Shown here one piece after another: positions 1 to 9,981 of a stretch of 32,000 nt of DNA. The DNA is from Pseudoalteromonas translucida KMM 520 (GTDB lineage Bacteria > Pseudomonadota > Gammaproteobacteria > Enterobacterales > Alteromonadaceae). Both the position numbers and the translations under genes were made by a program. Below the pieces are notes generated by a model that saw only the letters and a list, made by a program, of their open reading frames with translations, did no database searches and was not told where the DNA came from. The stretch lies in the NCBI RefSeq assembly GCF_001465295.1, contig NZ_CP011035.1:540001-572000 (forward strand). Reading direction: 5' to 3'. Position 1 is the first letter of the stretch, and each line of letters starts with the position of its first letter.

Positions 1-1
1 A

Positions 2-256
2 TCACATTTAGATGCCATGTTAGCGGCATGTCGGATGCGCTTACGCCCCATATTAATGACCTCAATAGCCTTTACCGCTGGCGTTGTACCATTAGTATTA
101 GCAACGGGTGCGGGAGCCGAAATGCGCCACGCTATGGGTAATGCTGTATTTGCAGGCATGATAGGAGTAACTGTGTTCGGCTTATTATTTACCCCGGTAT
201 TTTATATGTTAGTAGCCAATAAAAAGCAAAAAGTACAGCAGGTGTCACATGACTAA
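2..256 (+). CDS. RND (AcrB/MexB-type) efflux permease, C-terminal fragment; 5' end lies outside the window
   Basis: The frame is open from nt 2 to the window edge. The C-terminal TM helices (RLRPILMTSIAFTAGVVPLVLATGAGAEM...LLFTPVFY) are typical of HAE1 RND pumps. The gene overlaps the next one by 8 nt (ATGACTAA). Confidence 0.85.
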   Translation, partial: SHLDAMLAACRMRLRPILMTSIAFTAGVVPLVLATGAGAEMRHAMGNAVFAGMIGVTVFGLLFTPVFYMLVANKKQKVQQVSHD

Positions 257-1661
257 ATTAGTGCAAAAAAGCCTTAAAACGTCGCTTACCACAAGCGCTA
301 TATTAATTGCTGCTATGTTATCGGGTTGCGCCGCTAAAATTGATGCTGCCAGCGAGAAAAACTTGGTTAGTGAGTTTATAGCTAGTGCCAATATAGCCAG
401 CGAACTTAATAATGCCGATGAGACAAACTGGTGGGAAAAGCTAGAATCAGCTCAGTTAAATCAGTTGGTTACAGGCGCATTAGCCAATAACCACAATTTA
501 AAAACCAGTCAGTTAGTACTTAAAAGTGCATTAGCACGCTTAGGCGAGCAACAAGCGCAGTATTTACCGCAAGGCGGGGTAGAAATTGGCGCACAGCGCA
601 GCGGTTTAGGCGATACAAATAGCCGCCAATCGAGTGCTAATTTAGCACTTAATTGGCAGCTCGATTTATTTGGTCGTATTACGGCATTGGTCGATGCAGC
701 GAATGCATCGGCCATGAGCCAAGCCGAGCAAGTACGTTTATTGCAAATTGAAGTGGTTTCGTCGGTTGTTAAAGGCTTTGTTAGCTATCAAGGTAATGTA
801 CAAAAGCAGCACATTGTTACGTTGCAAATAGATGCACTAGAGCAAAGTATTGCGGTACTTCAAGCCCAAGTTGATGAAGGCGTAGCAAACGAGCTTGATT
901 TAAATCGTACTATGGCACAACTTAAGCGACAACAAGCACTAATGCCGGCAATTGAATACGCTAAATATCGCGATTTATCTACACTGGCTGTGCTTAGCGG
1001 GCGTTTAGCACAAAATGTTAAGCTCACTAATGAGCAAGCAGTTTTGGATCATAAATTTACCGTATCGTTAAACGATGCTAATGAGTCTATTGCACTTAGG
1101 CCCGATATTAGCCAAGCACTTTATGCATTTAGCCAAGCAAATAGTTTAAGCGTTGCTGCCAGTAAGGCGTTATTACCAGATATAAGCTTAAGTGGTTTTG
1201 CAGGCGTGCTTAGTATTGGTAGTAATAGTTTTAGTAATACGCAGCAGCAGTGGCAGGTGGCTCCGCAAATTCAGTGGTCAATACTGAGCTACCCGGCATT
1301 GTTAGCGCAGCGCGACGCACAGCAGTTTTTAACCCAAGCGGCTTATAGCGATTATCAACAAGTGATACTCCAAGCGCTGAGCGAAAGTGAACTTTCTTTG
1401 CAATTGTTGGTCAACCAAGCTCAGCAAAAGAGCTTTGCTGAGCAGCGTTATCAGTTTGCTAATAAGGCATTTTTACAAGCGCAAGCAATGTACGAAGAAG
1501 GGCAAATTCCTTACTTAGAGTTGTTAGATGCGCGTCGGGATGTTCTAATAGCTCAAGAAAATGCTGTTGATTCAACGATTTCATCACTGCTCGCTAAAGT
1601 AAATGCTTACCAATCATTTAACGGGCGATGGAGTTATGCGTTAAATAATACTAACCAGTAG
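249..1661 (+). CDS. RND efflux outer-membrane factor lipoprotein (NodT/OprM family)
   Basis: 470 aa with a signal peptide and lipobox (AAMLSGC). The sequence is a long Q/A/L-rich helical OMF-like one, and it is translationally coupled to the RND pump gene. Confidence 0.85.
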   Translation: MTKLVQKSLKTSLTTSAILIAAMLSGCAAKIDAASEKNLVSEFIASANIASELNNADETNWWEKLESAQLNQLVTGALANNHNLKTSQLVLKSALARLGEQQAQYLPQGGVEIGAQRSGLGDTNSRQSSANLALNWQLDLFGRITALVDAANASAMSQAEQVRLLQIEVVSSVVKGFVSYQGNVQKQHIVTLQIDALEQSIAVLQAQVDEGVANELDLNRTMAQLKRQQALMPAIEYAKYRDLSTLAVLSGRLAQNVKLTNEQAVLDHKFTVSLNDANESIALRPDISQALYAFSQANSLSVAASKALLPDISLSGFAGVLSIGSNSFSNTQQQWQVAPQIQWSILSYPALLAQRDAQQFLTQAAYSDYQQVILQALSESELSLQLLVNQAQQKSFAEQRYQFANKAFLQAQAMYEEGQIPYLELLDARRDVLIAQENAVDSTISSLLAKVNAYQSFNGRWSYALNNTNQ

Positions 1662-1667
1662 AGTTTT

Positions 1668-2699
1668 TTGATGTCTGATACTGATATTTCACCGCAATAC
1701 ACGCTACCGCAGACTATGCGAGCAATTGTATTGCCTGAGCCTAATGAAAAAATTTGTTTAGCCGATGTTGAGCACGCTGTTCCTGAGTGTGCAGACAACG
1801 AGCTACTTATTAAAGTTGAATATGTTGGCTTAAACCCAGTTGATGGCTTGTTTGCTAAATCGGGTTTTTGTAAGTGGCAATACCCACATATTTTAGGGCT
1901 TGATTCCGTTGGCGTAGTGGTAAAGGCTGGTAAAGGTGTTTTTCCAGGCGTTGGCACTCGTGTAATGTGGCATGCCAGTATTGGCGATCAAGGGGTATTG
2001 AGTGAATACACCAAAGTAGCCAACTATGCTGTGTCTATTGTGCCGGAGGGGCTTGCAGGGGCTATAGCCGCAACACTTCCCTGCGCCGGTATGGCTGCAC
2101 TTGTAAGCTTAGATAAAATTAGCATTACCGAGGGCGATACCGTATTAATTGACGGTGGTGCAGGGGCCGTAGGGCAGTTTGCTATTCAGTTTGCAAAACA
2201 ACGCGGTGCCGACGTATTTACCACAGCAGCTAAGCGAAATCATAAATTGGTAAAACAATTAGGCGCCGATGTGGTATTTGCTTACAACGATAAAGACTTA
2301 TGCGAAAAAATTCGCCGAGAGCTTGGCCCACAAGGCTTTGATGCGGTAATAGACACCGTTGGTGGCGCCTCTACAATACGCAATATAGAACTAATGCGTT
2401 TTTGTGGGCGAATTGCTTGTTTAAACCCATTGCCACATTTTGAACAAGAGTTAATGTATCGTCGAGCGCCTAATATTGGTGTTGTATCTTTGGGAGGCGC
2501 TTGGTTGGCAAATAGTTTATGTGCCCAGCAACGTTTAAGTTTTATGGGTAACTTATTAATAGAAGGTGCTTTGAGTGGTGACATTAAAACGCCCGAAATT
2601 ACAGCTGTCGACTTTAACGCACAGGCAATATCAGCAGCACTACATAAACAATTAGCCGGCGGCTTTACCGGCAAACAAGTGGTTAAAATAAGCACTTAG
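1668..2699 (+). CDS. MDR-superfamily zinc-type alcohol dehydrogenase / quinone oxidoreductase-like protein
   Basis: 343 aa with a GroES-like N-terminal domain and the Rossmann motif DGGAGAVGQFAIQFAK. It starts 6 nt after the OMF stop and is followed by a terminator. Confidence 0.75.
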   Translation: MMSDTDISPQYTLPQTMRAIVLPEPNEKICLADVEHAVPECADNELLIKVEYVGLNPVDGLFAKSGFCKWQYPHILGLDSVGVVVKAGKGVFPGVGTRVMWHASIGDQGVLSEYTKVANYAVSIVPEGLAGAIAATLPCAGMAALVSLDKISITEGDTVLIDGGAGAVGQFAIQFAKQRGADVFTTAAKRNHKLVKQLGADVVFAYNDKDLCEKIRRELGPQGFDAVIDTVGGASTIRNIELMRFCGRIACLNPLPHFEQELMYRRAPNIGVVSLGGAWLANSLCAQQRLSFMGNLLIEGALSGDIKTPEITAVDFNAQAISAALHKQLAGGFTGKQVVKIST

Positions 2700-2730
2700 T
2701 TAATTTTATAATTGAGCGGATACTAATTAA

Positions 2731-2759
2731 CGCAGCATATAATTATGCTGCGTTTTTTT
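2731..2759 (+). terminator. Rho-independent terminator after the oxidoreductase gene
   Basis: Stem cgcagcat (2731-2738) pairs with atgctgcg (2745-2752), followed by a run of 7 T. Confidence 0.8.
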
Positions 2760-2882
2760 ATGCCCGTTTAAAAGTAGCTTTATTTTTAAGGCGTGATTTA
2801 GCCAAGTTTTGTTGTTTAATTAGCCAGATGAAGAAAAATAATGTTTTTCAGCGCATAGCCGTAAGCCCTTGTGTTTAAACAG

Positions 2883-2898
2883 TTTACGTTCACGTAAA
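2883..2898. promoter_or_regulatory. Perfect 7+2+7 palindrome TTTACGT-tc-ACGTAAA, candidate operator upstream of fadE
   Basis: The arms 2883-2889 and 2892-2898 are exact reverse complements. The site is ~95 nt upstream of the fadE ATG and abuts a GTTTAAAC palindrome at 2873-2880. Confidence 0.35.
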
Positions 2899-2991
2899 GA
2901 AAATAAATTGAAAAAACTGTTAATTATTTGCATAGAGTAATTGATCTAATCGAATTTTTATGACGTAATGTAGTTATTATTATCTGGTCGG

Positions 2992-5259
2992 ATGAGTTCA
3001 ATCATGAGTTTACGTACAAAATTAAAAAAAGTATTACCAAGTATTTCAATTACTGAACAAGAAGCGCTAGACGCCGGCGATGTATGGTTAGAAGGGTCTA
3101 TCTATCAAGGTAAACCTGACTTTAGTGCACTACGCGCCGTGCCCGCTGCAGTATTAAGCGCAGACGAAAAAGCCTTTATTGATGGCCCGCTGCAAGACTT
3201 GTTGGGTATGATTGATGACACCGAAATTCAAAATGGCATTCATTTACCGGATTACATTTTAGACTTTTTAAAGAAAGAACGTTTCTTCTCGCTGATCATT
3301 CCTAAATCGTTTGGCGGTTTAGAGTTCAGCCCATACGCTAACTCAACAATTGTAGCCACTATTGCCACTAAAAGCTCTGCAGTAGCGGTAACAGTAATGG
3401 TACCTAACTCGTTAGGCCCAGGTGAGCTATTACTGCATTTTGGTACGCAAGAGCAACAAGCACACTACCTACCACGTTTAGCAAATGGTACAGACATTCC
3501 ATGTTTTGCATTAACTAGCCCAGAAGCGGGTTCTGACGCAGGTGGCATTCCAGATTTAGGTACAGTTACTAAAGGCATGTACAACGGCGAAGAAGTTCTT
3601 GGCTTAGAAATTACGTGGGACAAGCGTTACATTACACTGGCGCCTATTGCGACTGTGTTGGGTTTAGCATTTAAAGTTGTTGACCCTGATGGTTTGCTTG
3701 GCGGCAAAGAAAACTTAGGTATTACCTGTGCGCTTATTCCTAAAGAGCACCCGGGTGTAGAGTTAGGTAATCGCCATGATCCTATGAATATTCGTTTTTA
3801 TAACGGTACTACGCGTGGTAACAAAGTATTTGTACCTATGGACTTTATCATTGGTGGCCAGAAAAACATTGGTCGCGGTTGGCAAATGCTAGTTAGTTGT
3901 TTAGGCGCAGGGCGTGGTATTTCATTACCAGCACTGGGTGTAAGTACGGCGCAAGTTGCATTTAAATCAGCATCTGAGTACGCCGCTGTGCGCGAGCAAT
4001 TTGGTTTAGCAATAGGCCAGTTTGAAGGTATTCAAGAAAAGCTTGCCGATATTGCAGGTAAAACATACCTACAAGAAGCAATGCGAGTGCTTACAACTGA
4101 AGGCTTAGGCATGGGCTTAAAACCATCGGTAGTAACTGCAATTGCTAAATACCACATGACCGAGTTGGGCCGTGATGTACTCGACTCAGCAATGGATATT
4201 CAAGCGGGTAAAGCAATTCAAAATGGCCCACAAAACACGCTAGCAAGCGGTTATGTAGCACAGCCAATTGCCATTACGGTAGAAGGCGCGAATATTCTTA
4301 CTCGTAACCTGATGATCTTTGGTCAAGGTGTAATGCGTTGTCATCCATACTTACAATCTATGGTTGAATCAATTCATAGCGAAGATAAAAATGCAGACAA
4401 AGAATTTAACCGTATTTTACGTAAAACAGTAAGTTACAGCGTAGCAAACAGCTTACGTGCGTTCCGCTTGGGTGTATTACCATTTACAGCGGGTGCAAGC
4501 TCAACGTTACCAGAAGTACGTGAATACGAAAAAGCAGCACATAAACTGTCAGCTAAATTAGCTGTATATGCAGATTTCTCACTACTTGTACTTGGCGGTA
4601 AGCTTAAGCAAGCAGAAATGTTGTCGGCACGTTTAGGCGATGTAATGAGCTTTTTATACGCAGCAATGGCATCAATTAAATACTACGAGCAAAAAGTATC
4701 AAGCAGTGAACGTGAGCAAGCAGCACCGTATTTTCATTATGCCACTCGCTTTGCATTACAAAGTGCTGAAGAAGCGCTGCATAAGTTTTTAGATAACTTC
4801 CCTGCAAGTGGCACGCGTAAGTTCATGCGTTTTATTACCATGAATTACTCAACTAAAATGCCAAAAATTAGCGACGATTTGATTCGTGAATTAGCTAAGC
4901 AAGCTCAGCTAGACACGGCCTTTAAAGCGCAAATTACGCATTTAATTAAGCCAGTTAAAGGTGATGGACATTACATTAACGAGCAAGCGTACAAAGCTAA
5001 AATGGCATCGCTTGGTGAGTTGGCTAAAGTTAAAAAAGCACTGCGTGCTAAAACAATTAAAGCGGGTATTCGTTTTTCAATCACACTTGATAACGCACTT
5101 GCGGCTAATGTAATTACAGCAGCTGAACATACTCAGCTTATTGATTACAACACTAAACGTGAAAAAGCGATTCGTGTAGATGAGTTCGATTTTGATATGA
5201 ACTTACTTGACGACAACGCACAACCGGTTAACCCACTTAAAAGTGTTGTAAACCAGTAA
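2992..5259 (+). CDS. fadE: Acyl-CoA dehydrogenase, FadE type (large, with C-terminal extension)
   Basis: 755 aa. The N-terminus (ITEQEALDAGDVWLEGSIYQGKPDF) parallels E. coli FadE ([24 protein letters not shown], from memory). An ACAD core (ALTSPEAGSDAG) and a long C-terminal domain are present. An alternative start exists at 3004. Confidence 0.85.
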   Translation: MSSIMSLRTKLKKVLPSISITEQEALDAGDVWLEGSIYQGKPDFSALRAVPAAVLSADEKAFIDGPLQDLLGMIDDTEIQNGIHLPDYILDFLKKERFFSLIIPKSFGGLEFSPYANSTIVATIATKSSAVAVTVMVPNSLGPGELLLHFGTQEQQAHYLPRLANGTDIPCFALTSPEAGSDAGGIPDLGTVTKGMYNGEEVLGLEITWDKRYITLAPIATVLGLAFKVVDPDGLLGGKENLGITCALIPKEHPGVELGNRHDPMNIRFYNGTTRGNKVFVPMDFIIGGQKNIGRGWQMLVSCLGAGRGISLPALGVSTAQVAFKSASEYAAVREQFGLAIGQFEGIQEKLADIAGKTYLQEAMRVLTTEGLGMGLKPSVVTAIAKYHMTELGRDVLDSAMDIQAGKAIQNGPQNTLASGYVAQPIAITVEGANILTRNLMIFGQGVMRCHPYLQSMVESIHSEDKNADKEFNRILRKTVSYSVANSLRAFRLGVLPFTAGASSTLPEVREYEKAAHKLSAKLAVYADFSLLVLGGKLKQAEMLSARLGDVMSFLYAAMASIKYYEQKVSSSEREQAAPYFHYATRFALQSAEEALHKFLDNFPASGTRKFMRFITMNYSTKMPKISDDLIRELAKQAQLDTAFKAQITHLIKPVKGDGHYINEQAYKAKMASLGELAKVKKALRAKTIKAGIRFSITLDNALAANVITAAEHTQLIDYNTKREKAIRVDEFDFDMNLLDDNAQPVNPLKSVVNQ

Positions 5260-5289
5260 TCACCCAGTGTAAATAAATTCAACAATGTA

Positions 5290-5314
5290 AGCGCCTGTAG
5301 TTTGGGCGCTTTTT
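5290..5314 (+). terminator. Candidate rho-independent terminator after fadE
   Basis: Stem agcgcc (5290-5295) pairs with ggcgct (5305-5310), followed by TTTT. Confidence 0.5.
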
Positions 5315-5326
5315 ACGTTTTCATTA

Positions 5327-5358
5327 GCTCTACTTTTTATTATTAGTAGGGCTTTTTT
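5327..5358 (+). terminator. Second candidate terminator after fadE
   Basis: 8-bp stem gctctact (5327-5334) pairs with agtagggc (5345-5352) with one G-U pair and a 10-nt loop, followed by 6 T. Confidence 0.5.
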
Positions 5359-5423
5359 ATGATTTTTTAAATAACAACGCTTTGCGTTAAACTAACTAAA
5401 ATTTATTAAAATTAAGTGCGGCT

Positions 5424-6380
5424 ATGGCTTTTTACCTTTCTTTATTACAGCAACATTTTAAACAGATAAAAGTAGGGGCTACGCTAACCTCTTTGTGGAG
5501 TGGTTGTGGCAGCATTGTGGCTTGTGAGCTTGACGGGCAGGCGTGTGTTATAAAAGCGGTGAATATACCTGAGGTGATAAATCACCCTAAAATTAAACAA
5601 ACGGCGTTTGCGCTTAACCGCAAGCGTAAATCTTATAATGTTGAATACTATTTTTATAATGATTGCAGCCAGCAGTTACCCAATAACGCTGCTGCTATTG
5701 GCTGTTTAACCGCGATACAAAATGATCAGCAATATGTGCTGGCGTTTAACGATTTTACCCAGCAGGGCTATGTACAAGCATTGCCTCAAGACTATCGCGA
5801 GGTTATTAAATGGTTAGCGCATTTTCATGCGTTTAATCTAACTACTGAAGCCGTTACTCACGCGGCTGAAAAGCTATGGCCACAGGGCAATTATTGGCAT
5901 TTAAGTACGCGCCCCGATGAGCTTAAAAAACTCCAGCAATCGACTATTAAACAGCTTGCAGCTAAGCTAAATACGGCATTGTGCAATAGTGCATATAAAA
6001 CAGTAATTCATGGTGATGCTAAGCTGACCAATTTTGCCATAAACAAACAGCAGCACGTGCTAGGGTACGACTTTCAATATGTAGGTGCTGGTGTTGGGGT
6101 TATAGATGTGATGTATTTTATGACTAGCTGCTTTAACGAAACACAATTACATCAGCATGCTGATAGCTGTTTAGAGTGGTATTTTAGCGAATTGAAATTA
6201 GCATTAGGCGTTTATCATCCCAAAGTAGAGGCAAGTAAAGTGATTAACGATTGGCGCAATTTATGGAGTGTTGCATGGGCCGATTTTTATCGTTTTTTAG
6301 CAGGGTGGAGTCCAGAACATAAAAAAATAAACAGTTATATGTTGCTTCAAGTGAAGAAAGAGTTAAAAAAACACATTTAA
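5424..6380 (+). CDS. Phosphotransferase-fold kinase (APH / choline-kinase / ecdysteroid-kinase-like family)
   Basis: 318 aa. The catalytic-loop motif HGDAKLTNF (HGDxxxxN) is followed by a D-containing segment (GYDFQY), as in APH/ChoK-fold kinases. The substrate is unknown. Confidence 0.55.
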   Translation: MAFYLSLLQQHFKQIKVGATLTSLWSGCGSIVACELDGQACVIKAVNIPEVINHPKIKQTAFALNRKRKSYNVEYYFYNDCSQQLPNNAAAIGCLTAIQNDQQYVLAFNDFTQQGYVQALPQDYREVIKWLAHFHAFNLTTEAVTHAAEKLWPQGNYWHLSTRPDELKKLQQSTIKQLAAKLNTALCNSAYKTVIHGDAKLTNFAINKQQHVLGYDFQYVGAGVGVIDVMYFMTSCFNETQLHQHADSCLEWYFSELKLALGVYHPKVEASKVINDWRNLWSVAWADFYRFLAGWSPEHKKINSYMLLQVKKELKKHI

Positions 6381-6513
6381 TTAACGCTTGAATTAGGTAT
6401 ATTGCCTTAATATCAGGCAAAATAATGTTATTTGGCGGCAATTGCGAAAACTGCAGGCCAAATGCACTTTTTTACTATAAAATATCGCAAATTTTATCAC
6501 TAGGTTTTTTAAT

Positions 6514-7143
6514 ATGGCTATTCACGTTATAACTCATCCCCTTGTTCAACATAAATTAGGCTTAATGCGCTCCCATGGAATTAGCACTAAAAGCTTTCGT
6601 GAATTGTGCTCAGAAGTAGGTACTTTATTAACCTACGAAGCAACTCAAAACCTACCGTTAGAAGATAACGAAATTACCAGCTGGGATGGCACAAAGTTAA
6701 ATGTGCAGCATATTAAAGGCAAAAAAATTACTGTAGTGCCTATCTTGCGTGCAGGCTTAGGCATGATGGACGGTGTGATGCAGTTATTGCCGGCTGCCAA
6801 AGTAAGTGTAGTAGGCCTTGAGCGAAATGAAGAAACATTAGAGCCAATTCCATATTTTGAAAAGCTAGTAAGTAATATTGATGAGCGTTTAAGTTTAGTG
6901 ATAGACCCTATGCTGGCAACGGGCGGCACTATGATTGCCACTATCGATATGCTTAAAAAAGCAGGCTGTAAAGAAATCAAGGTAATTGTGTTAGTTGCAG
7001 CCCCAGAAGGGGTTGAAAAAACATTAGCTGCTCATCCAGATGTAGAAATATATACCGCATCGGTAGACAGCCACTTAAACGATAAAGGCTACATTGTGCC
7101 TGGTTTAGGTGATGCAGGTGATAAAATTTTCGGTACGGTTTAA
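6514..7143 (+). CDS. upp: Uracil phosphoribosyltransferase
   Basis: 209 aa. It has the characteristic N-terminus ([12 protein letters not shown]), the PRPP loop ([11 protein letters not shown]) and the C-terminus ([12 protein letters not shown]). It is directly followed by uraA, as in the E. coli upp-uraA operon. Confidence 0.95.
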   Translation: MAIHVITHPLVQHKLGLMRSHGISTKSFRELCSEVGTLLTYEATQNLPLEDNEITSWDGTKLNVQHIKGKKITVVPILRAGLGMMDGVMQLLPAAKVSVVGLERNEETLEPIPYFEKLVSNIDERLSLVIDPMLATGGTMIATIDMLKKAGCKEIKVIVLVAAPEGVEKTLAAHPDVEIYTASVDSHLNDKGYIVPGLGDAGDKIFGTV

Positions 7144-8409
7144 GTGAAAACAGTGCAAACCGATACGATGAAAAACAACGCCATGTTCTCAATAAAAACG
7201 ATGCTTACTGGTGCGCAAATGTTGTTTGTAGCATTTGGCTCATTAGTATTAGTACCGCTGTTAACAGGGCTTGATCCAAGTGTTGCTCTTTTTACTGCGG
7301 GCTTAGGTACGCTGTTATTTCAGTTTGTTACTAAAGGCCAAGTACCTATATTCTTAGCGTCATCGTTTGCTTTTATTGCTCCGATTATTGCCTCGATACA
7401 AATGTGGGGCATACCTGCCACTATGGGTGGCTTAATGGCGGCTGGTTTTGCTTACATGCTATTGAGCTTTTTAGTGAAATTTAAAGGCACTGAAACGCTA
7501 CATAAAATATTACCACCAATAGTAGTTGGGCCGGTTATCATGGTTATTGGCTTAGCTTTAGCACCGGTTGCAGTAAACATGGCCATGGGTAAAAGTGGTG
7601 ACGGCAGCACGCAAATTATTGCCTATGATAGCGCTATTTACATCTCATTATTTTCTTTAGTGGTTACGCTTATATTAGCGGTATGGGGTAAGGGTGTATT
7701 TAAACTTATTCCAATATTAGCAGGGGTGATAGCAGGTTATAGTTTATCGCTTGCTATGGGCGTAGTGCAATTTGACGCCGTAACTAACGCACAGTGGTTA
7801 GCTGTGCCTAACTTTGTTTTACCTGAGTTTAAATGGCAAGCCATTTTGTTTATGGTGCCGGTGGCGATTGCTCCCGCTGTAGAGCATATTGGCGATATGA
7901 TGGCGATTAGCCAAGTTACCAATAAAGACTTTTTGAAAAAGCCGGGGCTACATCGCACTCTATTTGGTGACGGATTAGCTACTTCAGCTGCATCATTGTT
8001 TGGTGGACCGCCTAACACAACTTACTCAGAAGTAACCGGTGCGGTAATGCTGACTAAAAACTTTAACCCTAAAGTGATGATATGGACTGCAATTATTGCC
8101 ATTATTTTAGCCTTTATAGCTAAAATGGGCGCCAGTTTACAAACAATTCCAGTGCCGGTTATGGGCGGCATTATGATTTTATTGTTTGGCTCAATTGCAG
8201 TGATCGGATTAAACACTTTGGTTAAATCTGGGGATGATTTAAGCGAACCGCGTAATTTAAGCATAGTAGCGCTTATTTTGATTTGTGGTATTGGTGGAAT
8301 GCATATTGGCAGTAGCCAGTTTAGCCTAGAAGGCGTAAGTTTATGTGCCATATTAGGCATAGTACTAAACTTAGTATTACCAAAAGCCGAGAAGAAAACC
8401 GCAGCTTAA
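7144..8409 (+). CDS. uraA: Uracil permease (NCS2/NAT family)
   Basis: 421 aa polytopic membrane protein with NCS2 motifs (GSSFAFI-like ASSFAFIAP, EHIGD, PNTTYSE). GTG at 7144 abuts the upp stop. An in-frame ATG at 7168 is an alternative start. Confidence 0.9.
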   Translation: MKTVQTDTMKNNAMFSIKTMLTGAQMLFVAFGSLVLVPLLTGLDPSVALFTAGLGTLLFQFVTKGQVPIFLASSFAFIAPIIASIQMWGIPATMGGLMAAGFAYMLLSFLVKFKGTETLHKILPPIVVGPVIMVIGLALAPVAVNMAMGKSGDGSTQIIAYDSAIYISLFSLVVTLILAVWGKGVFKLIPILAGVIAGYSLSLAMGVVQFDAVTNAQWLAVPNFVLPEFKWQAILFMVPVAIAPAVEHIGDMMAISQVTNKDFLKKPGLHRTLFGDGLATSAASLFGGPPNTTYSEVTGAVMLTKNFNPKVMIWTAIIAIILAFIAKMGASLQTIPVPVMGGIMILLFGSIAVIGLNTLVKSGDDLSEPRNLSIVALILICGIGGMHIGSSQFSLEGVSLCAILGIVLNLVLPKAEKKTAA

Positions 8410-8434
8410 ATTTATAGATAAGTTAAACTATCCT

Positions 8435-8466
8435 AATAGCGCATATGTATATGCGCTATTTTTTTA
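8435..8466 (+). terminator. Rho-independent terminator after uraA
   Basis: 12-bp perfect palindromic stem aatagcgcatat (8435-8446) pairs with atatgcgctatt (8449-8460), running into a T-run. Confidence 0.8.
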
Positions 8467-8491
8467 ACTAAAATAAAGGCTAAATAGAAAT

Positions 8492-9361
8492 ATGGATATC
8501 AGTGATTTTTTAGCAAAACATCAACTGCCAATGAGCTATCAACAGCAGTGCGAACAGTTTTTTATTCCGGTAGCAAAAAACATATTGCACGCTAAAAAAA
8601 ACAATACCCCATTATTTGTTGCTATTAATGGCAGCCAAGGCTCGGGTAAAACCACGCTGGCTGATTTTTTAGTAACTTGGTTGGCAAAAAATAGTTCGTT
8701 TAATTGCATAGCGCTTTCTATCGATGACTTTTACCTTACTAAGCAGCGCCGACTGCAGCTTGCAAAAAATGTACACCCATTACTTGCCACTCGCGGCGTA
8801 CCCGGCACGCACGATGTAGCTTTAATGAAAAGCACACTTGAGCAGTTACTCGCAGGGCACAGCGGTGTGCCTTTACCTTACTTTAATAAGCATTTAGATG
8901 ACAGTGCACCACATAACGAGTGGACGCGTAATAATGCTGCTGTCGATATTATTATTTTAGAAGGGTGGTGCGTAGGAAGTAAGGCACAATCGGCATCAGC
9001 ATTAACTACACCATTGAATGAGTTAGAGCAAAATGCAGATAGCCAAGGTGTTTGGCGTAACTATGTGAATAGTTGTTTAAAAACAGAATATTTAAACATT
9101 TTTGCTAAAGTTGATTATTTAGTGATGCTTAAAGCCCCTAGTTTTGCTGCCGTATTTGCATGGCGAAAAGAGCAAGAGCAAAAGCTTATAGCCTTAAAAG
9201 GGCAAGGTGCGGGTACAATGAACGACGCCCAGCTTAGATACTTTATCGCTCATTTCGAGCGTGTCACTCGTGAAAACTTAAACACGCTAGCATCAACGGC
9301 AAATGCCCTTATAACACTTAACGAGCAACGTGAAATTAGTGACTTAGAGTTTAAGAGCTAA
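8492..9361 (+). CDS. P-loop kinase, D-glycerate 3-kinase / Yfh7-like (PRK/uridine-kinase fold)
   Basis: 289 aa. It has the Walker A motif NGSQGSGKTT and the SIDDFYLT motif that I recall from plant-type glycerate 3-kinases. Confidence 0.55.
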   Translation: MDISDFLAKHQLPMSYQQQCEQFFIPVAKNILHAKKNNTPLFVAINGSQGSGKTTLADFLVTWLAKNSSFNCIALSIDDFYLTKQRRLQLAKNVHPLLATRGVPGTHDVALMKSTLEQLLAGHSGVPLPYFNKHLDDSAPHNEWTRNNAAVDIIILEGWCVGSKAQSASALTTPLNELEQNADSQGVWRNYVNSCLKTEYLNIFAKVDYLVMLKAPSFAAVFAWRKEQEQKLIALKGQGAGTMNDAQLRYFIAHFERVTRENLNTLASTANALITLNEQREISDLEFKS

Positions 9362-9524
9362 TTAATTAAAACATTATTTTTGCAGCAACTATGGCTTGTT
9401 ACAGCAAGGGGGAGCTTACCAAGCTCCTCACAAAAGTACCTGTTTACTCTTTAATTTTGCATATAAAGTGTAAAGGGGCTTTACACAGCAAACAAGGTTA
9501 AACATTACACACTCTCATTTGCGG

Positions 9525-9552
9525 TTACTTAATAGCGTATTATTGGTATAAT
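9525..9552 (+). promoter_or_regulatory. Candidate sigma70 promoter for the cytochrome b562-like/OsmC pair
   Basis: -35 TTACTT (9525-9530), a 16-nt spacer and a perfect -10 TATAAT (9547-9552), lying 30 nt upstream of the ATG at 9582. Confidence 0.5.
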
Positions 9553-9581
9553 CGACGGAGTTTTTAATTGAAAGGTTTATC

Positions 9582-9971
9582 ATGAAGTACTTTTATTTTG
9601 TTTTTATTTTACTCACGTCATCAGTCTCAATTGCCAGCGTGCCAGTTGACCTTGAAATTAATATGAAAAACACAGGGCTTGCATATAAACAAGCAGTGCA
9701 AGCGACTAATATTGAAGAGTTTAACCTTGCGATTAATGAATTCATCTCGTTAGTGGAAATAAGCAAAACAGCTAAGTTTTATAAAGAACCAGAGCAATCA
9801 TTACAAGGGCTTGATAAAGTTATTGCTCAGGCTGAGCTTGCAAAACAAGCCGCTAACCAGCAAGGTTTGAGTGCGGCTAAACAGCCACTAAAAAATATAG
9901 ATAATTTACGTAAAAAGTACCATGAGTTACATGAGCCTCCAGGCTTTTTTGAATTACTATTTGGAAAATAA
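9582..9971 (+). CDS. Periplasmic cytochrome b562-like protein
   Basis: 129 aa with a signal peptide. The mature N-terminus DLEINMKN resembles E. coli CybC ADLEDNMET (Met heme ligand), and the C-terminal LRKKYHEL resembles TRNAYHQKY (His ligand). The size is the same (~128 aa). The comparison is from memory. Confidence 0.55.
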   Translation: MKYFYFVFILLTSSVSIASVPVDLEINMKNTGLAYKQAVQATNIEEFNLAINEFISLVEISKTAKFYKEPEQSLQGLDKVIAQAELAKQAANQQGLSAAKQPLKNIDNLRKKYHELHEPPGFFELLFGK

Positions 9972-9981
9972 GGGAACCTCG

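Noticed and set aside
9922-9981. Upstream ATG giving a 148-aa version of the OsmC-family ORF
   Set aside because: It would overlap the cytochrome b562-like gene by 50 nt and add a non-homologous N-terminus. The ATG at 9982 has an AAGGGA SD and starts where OsmC similarity begins.
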